DNA of 64,000 bases, taken from assembly GCA_965200245.1 (NCBI GenBank), contig CBDATS010000004.1, positions 608,001 through 672,000 on the forward strand, written 5' to 3'. This document shows, piece by piece, positions 18,581 to 28,598 of the stretch. The stretch's first letter is position 1, and each line of letters begins with the position of its first letter. Source of the stretch: a bacterium. GTDB taxonomy: Bacteria > UBA8248. Under the pieces are notes generated by a model. It did not search any database and had not been told where the DNA came from. It saw only the letters and a list, made by a program, of their open reading frames with translations. The translations under genes and the position numbers were made by a program.

Positions 18581-19972
18581 TCAACCCAACCTCTCGCCCG
18601 CGTAGGCTTCCATCCCGTGCTCGGAGAGATCGAGACCAGCCGATTCGTCTTCAGCGGAAACGCGCACCCCCATGACGGCTTTCACAACCTGCCAAAGGAT
18701 CAGGGACAGGACGAAAGTGAACACACCGACTGCAATGACACCTGTGAGTTGCTTGATGAAGAGCCCTGCGCCGCCTCCGTAAAACAGACCCACGACACTC
18801 TCGTCGATGGAAGGCGCGGCAAATAAACCAAGCACCAATGTGCCGAAGATTCCGCAGGCCAAGTGAACGGAAACTGCTCCGACCGGATCGTCAATTTTGA
18901 TTTTGTCGAGAAACGGAACCGAGATGCAAACGATGACGCCTGCAACCAATCCGATAATCACCGCCCCGAAGGGAGTAACATTGGCGCACGGCGCTGTAAT
19001 GGCGACCAACCCTGCAAGCGCGCCATTCACGCTCATGGAGAGGTCGGCTTTGCCGAACATGGTCCGTGATGTCACGCTTGAGGCCACGACGCCCGCCGAG
19101 GCCGCAAGGTTCGTCGTCACGGCGATGCGCGCGATGGCGTCTGCATCGGCGGCCATGGTGCTACCCGGGTTAAACCCGAACCATCCGAGCCATAAGATGA
19201 ACCCACCCAAAGTAACGAACAGCATATTGTGGCCTGGAATCGGCTGCATCCGTCCATCGGAGGTGTACTTCCCGAGCCGGGGGCCGAGGACGATGATTCC
19301 TGCGAGCCCCGCCCAGCCACCCACGGAATGGACCACGGTGGATCCTGCAAAATCAAGAAAACCCATTCCGCCCAACCACCCGCCACCCCAGATCCAGTGG
19401 CCCTGGATGGGATAGATAATCGCGACCAGCACGAAACTGAAGATCATGAACGAGGAGAATTTGATTCGCTCTGCCACACACCCCGAAACGATTGTCGCCG
19501 CCGTCGCCGCAAAAACGAGCTGGAAGAAAAACTTCGCATAGAGTGGCACACCCGTCCAGTTGAGGGACGAGAAAACGCCTTTGTAAGCATCTCCCGTAGC
19601 CGGACTGTTGTCCGTTCCCGAGAGGAAAAAACCATTCGCTCCAAACATCGAGTTGCCGTCACCGAACATGAGAGCGAACCCCAGAATCCAAAACGCCAGG
19701 GACGAAACGGCGACGACGCCGAAATTCTTGTAGAGAATGGCCACGACATTCTTGGCCCGGCAAAGTCCCGACTCGAGCATCGCGAAGCCTGCGTGCATGA
19801 AAAACACCAGAAAACCGGCCAACATCACCCAGACGGTATCCGCCGCGACTTGCAAACTCGCCAGGCTCTTGGCCATGGACTTGACGTCCTGCGCCCAGCT
19901 ACTACCGGCGAAAGAAAAAACCCCGACGGCGAAGACCAAAATTATCGTGAAATAAAGATTTTTGCTTTTCAT
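18581..19972 (-). CDS. amtB: Ammonium transporter
   Basis: FMHAGFAMLESG, DFAGSTVVHSVGG, GWFGFNPGS, IDDPVGAVSVH. Confidence 0.96.
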   Translation of the reverse strand: MKSKNLYFTIILVFAVGVFSFAGSSWAQDVKSMAKSLASLQVAADTVWVMLAGFLVFFMHAGFAMLESGLCRAKNVVAILYKNFGVVAVSSLAFWILGFALMFGDGNSMFGANGFFLSGTDNSPATGDAYKGVFSSLNWTGVPLYAKFFFQLVFAATAATIVSGCVAERIKFSSFMIFSFVLVAIIYPIQGHWIWGGGWLGGMGFLDFAGSTVVHSVGGWAGLAGIIVLGPRLGKYTSDGRMQPIPGHNMLFVTLGGFILWLGWFGFNPGSTMAADADAIARIAVTTNLAASAGVVASSVTSRTMFGKADLSMSVNGALAGLVAITAPCANVTPFGAVIIGLVAGVIVCISVPFLDKIKIDDPVGAVSVHLACGIFGTLVLGLFAAPSIDESVVGLFYGGGAGLFIKQLTGVIAVGVFTFVLSLILWQVVKAVMGVRVSAEDESAGLDLSEHGMEAYAGERLG

Positions 19973-20219
19973 ACCTCCTCCTCCAATACCCATTGGCAAT
20001 TAGAAAGCGTACATTTGAATCATCGCCTCCAATTTGTAGGTGAGGAGTATTTCGATACCGTTTCGTCCACATTACCTGAATGTTAATAATGTAATGTGCG
20101 CAGGTTCTCGGTCCGCTTTTGTTTGACAGTCGATATCTCGCGTGTTAGCAATTCTGCCGGTTCAACCAAATCAGTTCATCCGAACCCTTTCCTGGAATAT
20201 TCCCATTCAAGGAGAAACA

Positions 20220-20663
20220 ATGCCTTCAAAACAAAAGCCCAAAATTCCTGCTGGTGCTCTCAAGCGCGGGACTCAGTTGTGGACCAAGGAATTCACCGAG
20301 CGCATCGGTCATGACATGGCCGAATGGGCTGATGAGGAATTCATGAAACTGTTCATGAACTTCTGTTACGGCGGGCTCTACGACAGAAACGTCCTGCCCC
20401 AGAAAACCAGGGAGCTTTGCGCCGTGGCCGCATGCGTGATGGCAAACGCGCATCCGCAATTGCGCACCCACATACAAGCTTCATGGAATTGCGGGGCGAC
20501 GAAGCGCGAGATCATGGAAGTCATCATCCAGATGGCCACCTACTGCGGGATGCCTTATATGCTTCAAGCAGCTCGAATCGCCGCGAATGAGGTCTTCCCC
20601 CTGCTCAAGCGTGGAGAAAAAGCAGCCGCTCCGCCACCGGGCCTGAAACTGGAAGAGAAATAA
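20220..20663 (+). CDS. Carboxymuconolactone decarboxylase family protein
   Basis: LPQKTREL..., LRTHIQASWNCGAT..EIMEVIIQMATYCGMP; aggag RBS. Confidence 0.85.
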   Translation: MPSKQKPKIPAGALKRGTQLWTKEFTERIGHDMAEWADEEFMKLFMNFCYGGLYDRNVLPQKTRELCAVAACVMANAHPQLRTHIQASWNCGATKREIMEVIIQMATYCGMPYMLQAARIAANEVFPLLKRGEKAAAPPPGLKLEEK

Positions 20664-20715
20664 CCTGTATCCAACAACACAAACCCGAAATTGAACTCGT
20701 AAGGAGTATCATCCA

Positions 20716-21492
20716 ATGGCCCGTAGAATCGTAGACCTGAGCGTTCCTCTTCAAAACGCGCCTATGGAGAACAATCCAGCCGTCATCCAGTACGTGAACC
20801 ACACGGAACTTGCGCGCATGCGAGCCAAATCATACAAGTTTCCAGACACCAGTTATTTTCCCGAACACATGCACTGCGCGACCGAAAACATAACATCCAT
20901 CAGCACGCACAGCGGCACGCACCTCGACTCCCCGTACCACTACGGCCCCGCATGCGAGGGGAATCCATCGAAGACTATAGACCTCGTTCCCCTCGAATGG
21001 TGCGTGAGTGCCGGGGTGGTCCTTGACTTTCACGATGTCGAGCGCGGCCACAATATCACGCTGGAGGAAACAAGGCAGAAAGTAGCGGCCCTGAAGGAAA
21101 AAGGCTATTCACTCAAGCCAATGGACATTGTCCTCATCCGAACCGATCACACCACGAAGTATCTCTACACCCCCGATTTCGAGCAAACCCATCCGGGCAT
21201 GAGTGTCGACGCCACGGAATGGCTGGTCGATCAGGGAATCAAGGTGATGGGGATAGACGCATGGGGTTTCGACATTCCCGTCTCGAAGATGACCGAACTC
21301 CGACGCCAGGGAAATGAGAAAGATTTCTTTGGCAGTCATTTCCTGGGCCGCAAGAAGGAATACATCCACGCGGAAAAGCTCATGAATCTCGATAAAATCC
21401 CCGAATTCGGGTTTACCGTTTCGATGCTCCCTATCAAGATAGAGCGCGCAAGCGGCGCGTGGTGCAGGGCAGTTGCCATCATCGATAACTAG
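20716..21492 (+). CDS. Cyclase / kynurenine formamidase family metal hydrolase
   Basis: HSGTHLDSPYH, DIVLIRT, GIDAWGFD, EKLMNL, RAVA. Confidence 0.92.
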   Translation: MARRIVDLSVPLQNAPMENNPAVIQYVNHTELARMRAKSYKFPDTSYFPEHMHCATENITSISTHSGTHLDSPYHYGPACEGNPSKTIDLVPLEWCVSAGVVLDFHDVERGHNITLEETRQKVAALKEKGYSLKPMDIVLIRTDHTTKYLYTPDFEQTHPGMSVDATEWLVDQGIKVMGIDAWGFDIPVSKMTELRRQGNEKDFFGSHFLGRKKEYIHAEKLMNLDKIPEFGFTVSMLPIKIERASGAWCRAVAIIDN

Positions 21493-21601
21493 TTCATTCA
21501 TGAGGAAGGATGGAATCGGCTTGGTGGGGTGACTTCACTGAAAAATATGGTAATATCCACATATACACAGCGGAGTGGCGAAAATCCAGAGGAGTGGTTC
21601 G

Positions 21602-21802
21602 ATGGCTTTATACGAGAACGTAGCGAAACAACAAAAAACCTTATCCAGTGGTCTCATCCAGCGCATTGAGGTTCTCAAGCCAGCCGTATTGGCGATCGTT
21701 CTCGGCATATTTATTCTGTACGGAGTGGGATTCGCCCAGCCGCAGCTATTGCATGATGCCGCCCATGATACACGGCATGCTTTCGCCTTCCCTTGCCATT
21801 AA
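21602..21802 (+). CDS. cbtB: CbtB-family cobalt transporter small subunit
   Basis: TM helix followed by HDAAHDTRHAFAFPCH. Confidence 0.85.
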   Translation: MALYENVAKQQKTLSSGLIQRIEVLKPAVLAIVLGIFILYGVGFAQPQLLHDAAHDTRHAFAFPCH

Positions 21803-21827
21803 GATGTCTGGCAGCCTGTTGCCAGAC

Positions 21828-21864
21828 AAAAGACGGCGCCCCTCGGGAGGCGCCGTTTCCTTTT
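21828..21864 (+). terminator. Probable intrinsic terminator
   Basis: acggcgcc...ggcgccgt stem followed by ttcctttt. Confidence 0.55.
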
Positions 21865-21874
21865 AAGGAAACGG

Positions 21875-22222
21875 ATGTCCGAGCAGAAGACCGACAAACC
21901 CTGGGGATATTTCACCGTATTGGCCCATGAACCGGATCATCAGGTCAAACGGATAGTGATTCATCCGGGGCATCGCTTCAGCCTGCAGAAGCATTCGCGC
22001 AGATCCGAGCACTGGTACGCCATATCTGGACAGGCAATCGTCATCTGCGGAGAAGATCAAACCTCCTTTTCCGCTGGCCAGAGCATGGATATTCCATCAG
22101 GGACATGGCACAGGGTTCAAAACGAAACGGATGCACCTTTCGTTTTCATCGAGGTTCAGACCGGCGCCTACTTTGGCGAGGACGACATACAACGACGTGA
22201 AGACGATTACGGGAGGGTTTGA
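21875..22222 (+). CDS. Cupin, mannose-6-phosphate isomerase type II C-terminal domain
   Basis: KPWG, SLQKHSRRSEHW, IEVQTGAYFGEDDIQR-EDDYGR. Confidence 0.9.
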   Translation: MSEQKTDKPWGYFTVLAHEPDHQVKRIVIHPGHRFSLQKHSRRSEHWYAISGQAIVICGEDQTSFSAGQSMDIPSGTWHRVQNETDAPFVFIEVQTGAYFGEDDIQRREDDYGRV

Positions 22223-22271
22223 GAAAACATTACGGAATTTCCTAGTTTAGGGCTTGATATTCTCTGGTGAT

Positions 22272-22520
22272 TTAACCCCTTTCGTTCACCGAATACCCCG
22301 GAGGATAATAATCCAGTTCGTCTCCGGTTTCGTTCCCCGGATACTGCCTGAGTCTCTCTATGACTTCATCCCAGGGTTTTTCTTCGTGTTCATCACTAAG
22401 TACACTCATCCATTCAACGTGCTTGAATTTGAAAGTTTCTTTGGTGAATTCGGTTTTTTCGTACTTCGACCACGGATCATCGATCCATTCCCAGTCCCCG
22501 CCCCTTCTTCTGGCCATCAT
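22272..22520 (-). CDS. Hypothetical acidic, Trp-rich protein
   Basis: 82-aa ORF, aggag RBS, islet-type composition. Confidence 0.5.
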   Translation of the reverse strand: MMARRRGGDWEWIDDPWSKYEKTEFTKETFKFKHVEWMSVLSDEHEEKPWDEVIERLRQYPGNETGDELDYYPPGYSVNERG

Positions 22521-22713
22521 CTTCTCCTTCGTTTCCGTCGTTTTGACCGTCCGCGTTCACGTTTCAGTCGCGCCGCCCTTCTTTTCATGTCCTCTTCTCT
22601 CTGGTCCGGGTCGTATGCGGTAACCAGAATAATCTTAATGTGGACACGGAGTTGAACACCGCCACCAAAGTTGAAGGCGTTTCCGGTTACATCTGAAGCA
22701 AACGGTCCTTAAC

Positions 22714-23913
22714 CTAGCCTTTTCGAAGCTGCTCCAATGCGCCCGCCAGACGCTCCACGCCACGCTCGCATTCTTCTGTCGAGCAGGAATACGCGATTCT
22801 GATATAACCTTCTCCCCCAAATACGGCGCCATTGACTGAAGCGATGGCGTGCTCGTTCAAAAGACAGTCTGCCACCTCACCCGAGGTTTCACCGAAGGCC
22901 TTCACATTCGGGAATGCATAGAACGCGCCCGTAGGCTCCGCCAGCGTGACGCCCTCAATGGCGCGCAATCCTTCGGATATCACACGCCGTCGCTTGTCGA
23001 ATTCACGCGTCATCGCTTCCATGGGGGCCTGATCCTCAAGAACGCCACGCGCCGCGCCGTTTTGAATAAACGTGTTGACGCATACGGTGGTGTATTGGCG
23101 TATTTTGAGCAGGTGACGCGTAATCTCGGGGCTTGCCACTGTCCAGCCCAGACGCCAGCCGTCCATACTGTAGAATTTCGAAAACCCATTGATGATCACC
23201 GTACGCTCCGCCATGCCAGGCTGCGAGAAAATACTCGGGGCGCAGGGCGCATCGCCGTAATAAATGCGCGCATAAATCTCATCGCTCATCACCATGAAGT
23301 TGCGTCGCACCGCCAACTCCGCGATTCCAGCGAGTTCGGATTCAGGTATCGTGCAGCCTGTGGGGTTGCCGGGTGATGTGAGGCAGACGAGCTTCGTCCT
23401 AGGGGTCAAAACCGCTTCTATATCCTCGGCGCGCAATGCGAAATCATTCTCTTCTTTCGTCATTACCTCGACGGGCACGCCGCCCGCCAGTGCCGTGCAG
23501 GATTTGTAATGATGCCAGTTCGGCTGTGCGATAATGACCTCATCGCCGGGATTGACCAAGGCCAGCATGGAAACCATGATGCCCTCATTCGCACCAGCCA
23601 TAACGATCACCTGCGTATCGGGGTTCACCTCCACGCCCGTATCTATTTCCGTTCTGAAAGCAATGCCCTTGCGCAGGGCGGGAACTCCCGTGCTGGGCGC
23701 ATAGTGCACGTCGCCGCGGTCGAGGGATTCCATAGCCCCTTGTTTGATGTGTTCGGGCGTGTCGAAATCGGTACGGCCAATCTGCCAGTGGATCACGTCG
23801 CGCCCTTCAGCTTCGAGCTTTGCCACGGCGTCGAACACCTTGCGAATTCCCGAGAAGGGGATTTCTTCCAAACGATCCGCACCCACGGCCCGGGCATCAA
23901 AAGCAGAAACCAT
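22714..23913 (-). CDS. PLP-dependent aminotransferase class I/II
   Basis: SPGNPTG, SDEIY, NGFSKFYSMDGWRLGW, GAFY. Confidence 0.95.
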   Translation of the reverse strand: MVSAFDARAVGADRLEEIPFSGIRKVFDAVAKLEAEGRDVIHWQIGRTDFDTPEHIKQGAMESLDRGDVHYAPSTGVPALRKGIAFRTEIDTGVEVNPDTQVIVMAGANEGIMVSMLALVNPGDEVIIAQPNWHHYKSCTALAGGVPVEVMTKEENDFALRAEDIEAVLTPRTKLVCLTSPGNPTGCTIPESELAGIAELAVRRNFMVMSDEIYARIYYGDAPCAPSIFSQPGMAERTVIINGFSKFYSMDGWRLGWTVASPEITRHLLKIRQYTTVCVNTFIQNGAARGVLEDQAPMEAMTREFDKRRRVISEGLRAIEGVTLAEPTGAFYAFPNVKAFGETSGEVADCLLNEHAIASVNGAVFGGEGYIRIAYSCSTEECERGVERLAGALEQLRKG

Positions 23914-24218
23914 CCAGAATCTCCTTGCATATGAAAACGATACTAACAGCGATGACTAATAATTCACTGAAAACGCTCTGTAAACCGCCCCTTATAGCTT
24001 TTGAAGCCTCAAGGCGCAAGAGAGTTCTCACCCCGGATTCTCCGCCATGTAACCAGTCGCTCTCATTTTTTCGGTTTCGAGATGAGGTAGCCAACTTATG
24101 GGGATGAAAACCATGGGCCGTGCGCTTATGGTCGAACGATTCCCACACTTTCTTCTGTTGCCCTGATGGCTTTTCGTTGGCGATGGAGGGCGTGGATGAA
24201 CATCCGACTGCTGAACCC

Positions 24219-25007
24219 CTAAAGCAAATCCCCTTGCAGGACGGTCACGGCCTTACCCCCAAGCAGGATACGGTCTCCAAGAATTCTGATGCGTACGACC
24301 CCGCCTCGCGCGGATGCTTGATAGGCCATAAGTTCTTCCTTTTGGAAGCGCCTCGCCCAAAACGGCCCCAAGCAACAGTGGGCGGAACCTGTCACCGGAT
24401 CCTCATTCACGCCGAGACCGGGCGCGAAGAACCGAGACACGAAATCATATCGGGGGTCATCGGATTGTGCCGTAACGATGCAGCCACGCATTGGAACCAT
24501 CTTCAGAAGCTGAAAATCAGGGGCCAATGCCCTGACGGTTTCCTCGGAGTCGGCTTCCACCAGATAATCGAATTCGTTTTTCCCTACATAGCGGGGGGTC
24601 AGCCCGATACTCTCCACCAGGGCATCAGGGGGTATCACGGGAGATTCCCGGGTGATGGGAAAATTCATTTCTATCCATTCATCGTCCTGCCCACAGGTCA
24701 AAATCCCGCTTTTCGTATGAAAGATGACCGTTTGATCGGAGCCTAGATGGCCCCTTTCCCAAAGGACATGAGCGCTCGCAAGCGTTGCATGACCGCAGAG
24801 GTCCACCTCACTCACCGGTGTGAACCAACGTAAGCTGTAACCGTCTTCCTGTCTCACCACGAAAGCGGTTTCAGAGAGATTCATCTCTTCCGCCACGCGC
24901 TGCATCCATCCCTCGTCCACTTGCGCCGGCAGGATACAGACAGCTGCCGGATTGCCCGAGAACGGCGTATCGGTAAACGCATCCACCTGTACGATCGGAA
25001 ACGACAT
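24219..25007 (-). CDS. PhzF family isomerase
   Basis: QVDAFT..FSGNPAAV, NLSETAF, EVDLCGHATLA, EDPVTGSAH. Confidence 0.95.
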   Translation of the reverse strand: MSFPIVQVDAFTDTPFSGNPAAVCILPAQVDEGWMQRVAEEMNLSETAFVVRQEDGYSLRWFTPVSEVDLCGHATLASAHVLWERGHLGSDQTVIFHTKSGILTCGQDDEWIEMNFPITRESPVIPPDALVESIGLTPRYVGKNEFDYLVEADSEETVRALAPDFQLLKMVPMRGCIVTAQSDDPRYDFVSRFFAPGLGVNEDPVTGSAHCCLGPFWARRFQKEELMAYQASARGGVVRIRILGDRILLGGKAVTVLQGDLL

Positions 25008-25032
25008 GAGGATATCTCTTGGAAAATGACGG

Positions 25033-25503
25033 TCAGACGCGTCTGATCACGTTGCCTGAACGAATCGAACCCCTGCCTAGAACCTGCGCATTCAGCCCCG
25101 AGCGATTGATGAGTGCGTCGTGCAGACCCGTGATCCCAAGCAAATTCTCAAAATACTTGCATGGCTCGTTCAGACGAACCCCACGCATCCGCACCTCACC
25201 CACCTGAAACTCCACCCCCACCAGATGATTGAGCGGAACCCCTCGCGTCACGATGTTTCTCCTGCTCTGGCCTGCGTCGAGCTGGATGTCGTGGTCCCGC
25301 ACAAGAGCCTCGATGGCTTCAATTTCAATGAGCGTCACCTCGCGGTCTGGCCCCTGTTTTTTGGAGTACGTACCCACGCCCTCGGCGTAGCGATCTCCCA
25401 CAAGACCCGATCCGACGACCGCCTCCGCCTGGGCGACCTCCATCATCGGCTCGCCGCCCACCGAGGCGATATGAACCGAGACCACCTTACCCTCGAAGGT
25501 CAT
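25033..25503 (-). CDS. MOSC domain protein
   Basis: GLVGDRY, RRNIVTRG, LNEPC. Confidence 0.9.
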   Translation of the reverse strand: MTFEGKVVSVHIASVGGEPMMEVAQAEAVVGSGLVGDRYAEGVGTYSKKQGPDREVTLIEIEAIEALVRDHDIQLDAGQSRRNIVTRGVPLNHLVGVEFQVGEVRMRGVRLNEPCKYFENLLGITGLHDALINRSGLNAQVLGRGSIRSGNVIRRV

Positions 25504-25742
25504 GACTTCATATTCCCCTGAATCAGATTAATCACTTCTTCTTCCGTGGGAAAGTTGCCCGAATCGAGTTTCGACCACAATAGCCCGCCGTCCAATACCA
25601 ACTCGAAGGAGCCGATGCGAAAGTTCCCGTCCTCGTTTCCTGCGATATCCAAGTCTGGGAAATGTTTTTTCAGTTCATGAGCCAACTGCTCATAGCGCGG
25701 CCCGTAGTTTCATTTTTGGCAATATTCAACGTGAAGTTTCAT
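25500..25742 (-). CDS. SelW/Rdx-family selenoprotein (CxxU)
   Basis: MKLHVEYCQK-UGA-NYGPRY...GSFEL...LWSKL...FP; UGA at 25712-25710; ggaggg RBS; downstream hairpin atgagc-agttg-gctcat. Confidence 0.88.
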
Positions 25743-25950
25743 TCATTTCCCTCCACAGGAAGACAATAAATGCTACTCAATCACATCATAGAAGAATTCT
25801 GCCGACAGGAGAAGGAGGCAAAAGAAAAACCACCCCACCGAATTTCCCTGCGTATCGAATAAAGCTGCGAAAACCCCGTGCAGCTTGACTATTTTATCTA
25901 CACAAGAGAAAAGGCTCCCCGGTTTCCGAAGAGAACTTCAAGGAGAAGAA

Positions 25951-27354
25951 ATGGCCGGAATCACATGCGTGGGAGCATACATCCCCTTTCATCGCCTGGG
26001 CGGAGACACCGTGCGGGCCGTTTGGGGAACTGGCAGCCCAAGGGCTTCACGCCCGCTGGCCGGTTTCGACGAAGACAGCATCACAATGGGGGTGGAGGCG
26101 CTGATCAACGCCGCGGGCTGGGGCGATTCCGGGGTCGATTCGCTGTATTTCGCATCTACGTCCCATCCTTACGCCGAGAAATCGAATGCTGCTGTACTCG
26201 CCGCTGCGGCGGATTTGCCCGAAAAACTCTTCACCCTGGATGCGGGAGGCTCGGTGCGCGCGGGCACATCTGCACTCAAAGCCGCCTGCGACGCCATAGA
26301 GGCCGGTTCCTCTCAGACGGCGGCCGTTGTTGCGGCGGAGAAAAGACCATCTCTGCCGGGCAGTCCCGATGAACTCGCTCTTTGCGACGGTGCAGCAGCA
26401 GTGTTGCTGGGCAAGGGAGAGGATGTCGCCGCAGAGATCGAGGCGATTTATTCATGGTCCGAAGATTTCATCGACAGGTGGCGTCTGCCGGGCGAGGGGG
26501 CCGTTTCCGCGGGCGACGCCAAATTCATTCAGGATTACGGCTATGTGCGCCAGAGCATTGCCACCGTGGAGGGGCTGCTCAGCCAGACGGGAGCTACGAG
26601 AGAAGACATCGCACGCGTGCTCGTCTACGCTCCCGATCCGCGCACCCACGCGGCGATAGCCAGAAAACTGGGTTTTCCCGAGTCGGCATATCCTGAAAAC
26701 CCGTTAATCACACGCCTGGGCGACTCCGGGGCGGCGGCACCTCTGCTTGCTCTCGTCGATGCGCTACAGGGTGCAGAGCCGGGAGAGCACATCATCGTCG
26801 CAGGCCATGGAAGCGGAGGCGAGGCCATTCTGCTCCGGGCAACGGACAAGGTTCATTCCTTGAGAACGCAGAGGGGACTCAGTTGGTCCCTGGATCATGC
26901 AAGACCCATCCCAAATTATGGCCAATGGCTCAAGTTTCGGGGCCTCTCGCCCGAGGAGGAAATCAAGCCCTTCTCCTCTCCCAGTATCCTGTGGAAAGAA
27001 AGCAGGGCCAACATGCGCCTGATGGCGGGGGTTTGCCGCTCATGCGGAGAGGTGCAGTACCCTCGCCAGCAAGTCTGCAATGCATGCGGGGCACGCGATG
27101 AGTGGGATGAGCGAAAACTCAGCCGTCGGGGCAAAATCTTCACTTTCGTGCATGATTACCTGCCGCCATCGCCCGAAGGCTTTATCACGATGGCGACAGT
27201 GGAACTCGAAGGGGGCGGACGATTTTACGGCCAGATGACGAATCATGTGAAAGACGAGGTTCATATCGGGATGGAGTGTGAGCTCACGTTCCGACTTCTC
27301 CATCAGGGCGATGGGTATTATAATTATTTCTGGAAACTTCGCCCCGCCGAATAG
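25951..27354 (+). CDS. HMG-CoA synthase-like domain fused to DUF35 Zn-ribbon/OB-fold
   Basis: GAYIP, DEDSITMGVEA, DGAAAV; C-terminal CRSCG..YP..CNACG plus OB fold. Confidence 0.88.
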   Translation: MAGITCVGAYIPFHRLGGDTVRAVWGTGSPRASRPLAGFDEDSITMGVEALINAAGWGDSGVDSLYFASTSHPYAEKSNAAVLAAAADLPEKLFTLDAGGSVRAGTSALKAACDAIEAGSSQTAAVVAAEKRPSLPGSPDELALCDGAAAVLLGKGEDVAAEIEAIYSWSEDFIDRWRLPGEGAVSAGDAKFIQDYGYVRQSIATVEGLLSQTGATREDIARVLVYAPDPRTHAAIARKLGFPESAYPENPLITRLGDSGAAAPLLALVDALQGAEPGEHIIVAGHGSGGEAILLRATDKVHSLRTQRGLSWSLDHARPIPNYGQWLKFRGLSPEEEIKPFSSPSILWKESRANMRLMAGVCRSCGEVQYPRQQVCNACGARDEWDERKLSRRGKIFTFVHDYLPPSPEGFITMATVELEGGGRFYGQMTNHVKDEVHIGMECELTFRLLHQGDGYYNYFWKLRPAE

Positions 27355-27401
27355 AGACCTCGGCTTTCAGCGGGAATGCCTCATATCTCAAGGAGTCAGC
27401 C

Positions 27402-28598
27402 ATGAGCGGAAATATTGCCGGAAAAGTCGCCATCATCGGCGTGGGCATCACGAAATTCGGGGAACTCTTCGAGCAGAGCTATAACGACCTCGTGGTGGAA
27501 GCTTCTTTCGAGGCCTATCAGGACGCAGGTGTGACCGGCGAAGATATTGAAGCTGCATGGCTGGGCACGTATCTCCCCCTTGGCTGGGGCTTCGACGGTA
27601 CGGGCGGACCCTCGCTGGCGGAGGCGCTCAACCTCTACCCGAAACCCGTCTCGCGTGTTGCGAACTACTGCACCACGGGGATGGAAGCCGTTCGCATGGC
27701 GGCAATGGCCGTCGCTTCAGGCATGCACGATGTCGTCCTGGCCGTCGGCGCCGAGAAGATGCGCGAAGTTCCTCCCCGAGGCAGCCTGGTCGCACAACAC
27801 GTTGAAAAACTTCACCCCATGTATTCGAAGGGCCGCACGGCACCGGGCAGTTTCGCCGTTCTGGCGAGACGGTATTTCGAGGAATTCAGCGCGGATAAAG
27901 AAGATTTGGCCGAGGTGGCGGTGAAGAACCACTATCACGGAAGCCTGAACAAGCGTGCGCATTTCAGGAAGGAGATTACCAAAGAACAGGTGCTCAAGGC
28001 TCCCCCGGTGACGGAGCCCTTGGGTCTCTACGATTGCTGCCCCACCACGGACGGTGCCGCTGCTGTCGTGCTCTGCCGGGCGGATTTGGCCGAATCGCGT
28101 TTCGACAAGAAAGATTACGTCTTGATCGACGGCATGGGACTCTCCTGTGCGACAGGCTATATCACCACGGCATTCAACCCGAAATTCAGCTTCATCGGCT
28201 TTGAGGCCACGAAGGAGGCTGCGCGCCAAGCCTACGAGCAGGCTGGCGTAACGAACCCCCGTGAGGAGATAGACGTCGCGGAAGTACATGATTGTTTTAC
28301 GATTACGGAGATACTGAACTATGAGGATCTCGGCTTCGTCGAGAAGGGTGAGGGGCCCGAATTCGTGAAAAGCGGTGCGAGCAGGCTCGGCGGTGAACTG
28401 CCCGTGAACACTTCGGGCGGCCTCAAGAGTTGCGGCCATCCCATTGGCGCTACGGGCGCGCGCGTGGTGGCCGACCTGACGCACCAACTCCTCGGTCGCT
28501 GCCGGAAGCGGCAGGTCAAGGGCGCCAGGCGAGCGCTCGGACACACCCTCGGCGGGCCGGGAGCGGTCTCGAGTGTCTTTGTGCTAAGCAGGAACTAG
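27402..28598 (+). CDS. Thiolase family protein (SCP2/archaeal-type acetyl-CoA acetyltransferase)
   Basis: NYCTTG, VKNH, DGAAA, EVHDCFT, GHPIGATG. Confidence 0.92.
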   Translation: MSGNIAGKVAIIGVGITKFGELFEQSYNDLVVEASFEAYQDAGVTGEDIEAAWLGTYLPLGWGFDGTGGPSLAEALNLYPKPVSRVANYCTTGMEAVRMAAMAVASGMHDVVLAVGAEKMREVPPRGSLVAQHVEKLHPMYSKGRTAPGSFAVLARRYFEEFSADKEDLAEVAVKNHYHGSLNKRAHFRKEITKEQVLKAPPVTEPLGLYDCCPTTDGAAAVVLCRADLAESRFDKKDYVLIDGMGLSCATGYITTAFNPKFSFIGFEATKEAARQAYEQAGVTNPREEIDVAEVHDCFTITEILNYEDLGFVEKGEGPEFVKSGASRLGGELPVNTSGGLKSCGHPIGATGARVVADLTHQLLGRCRKRQVKGARRALGHTLGGPGAVSSVFVLSRN

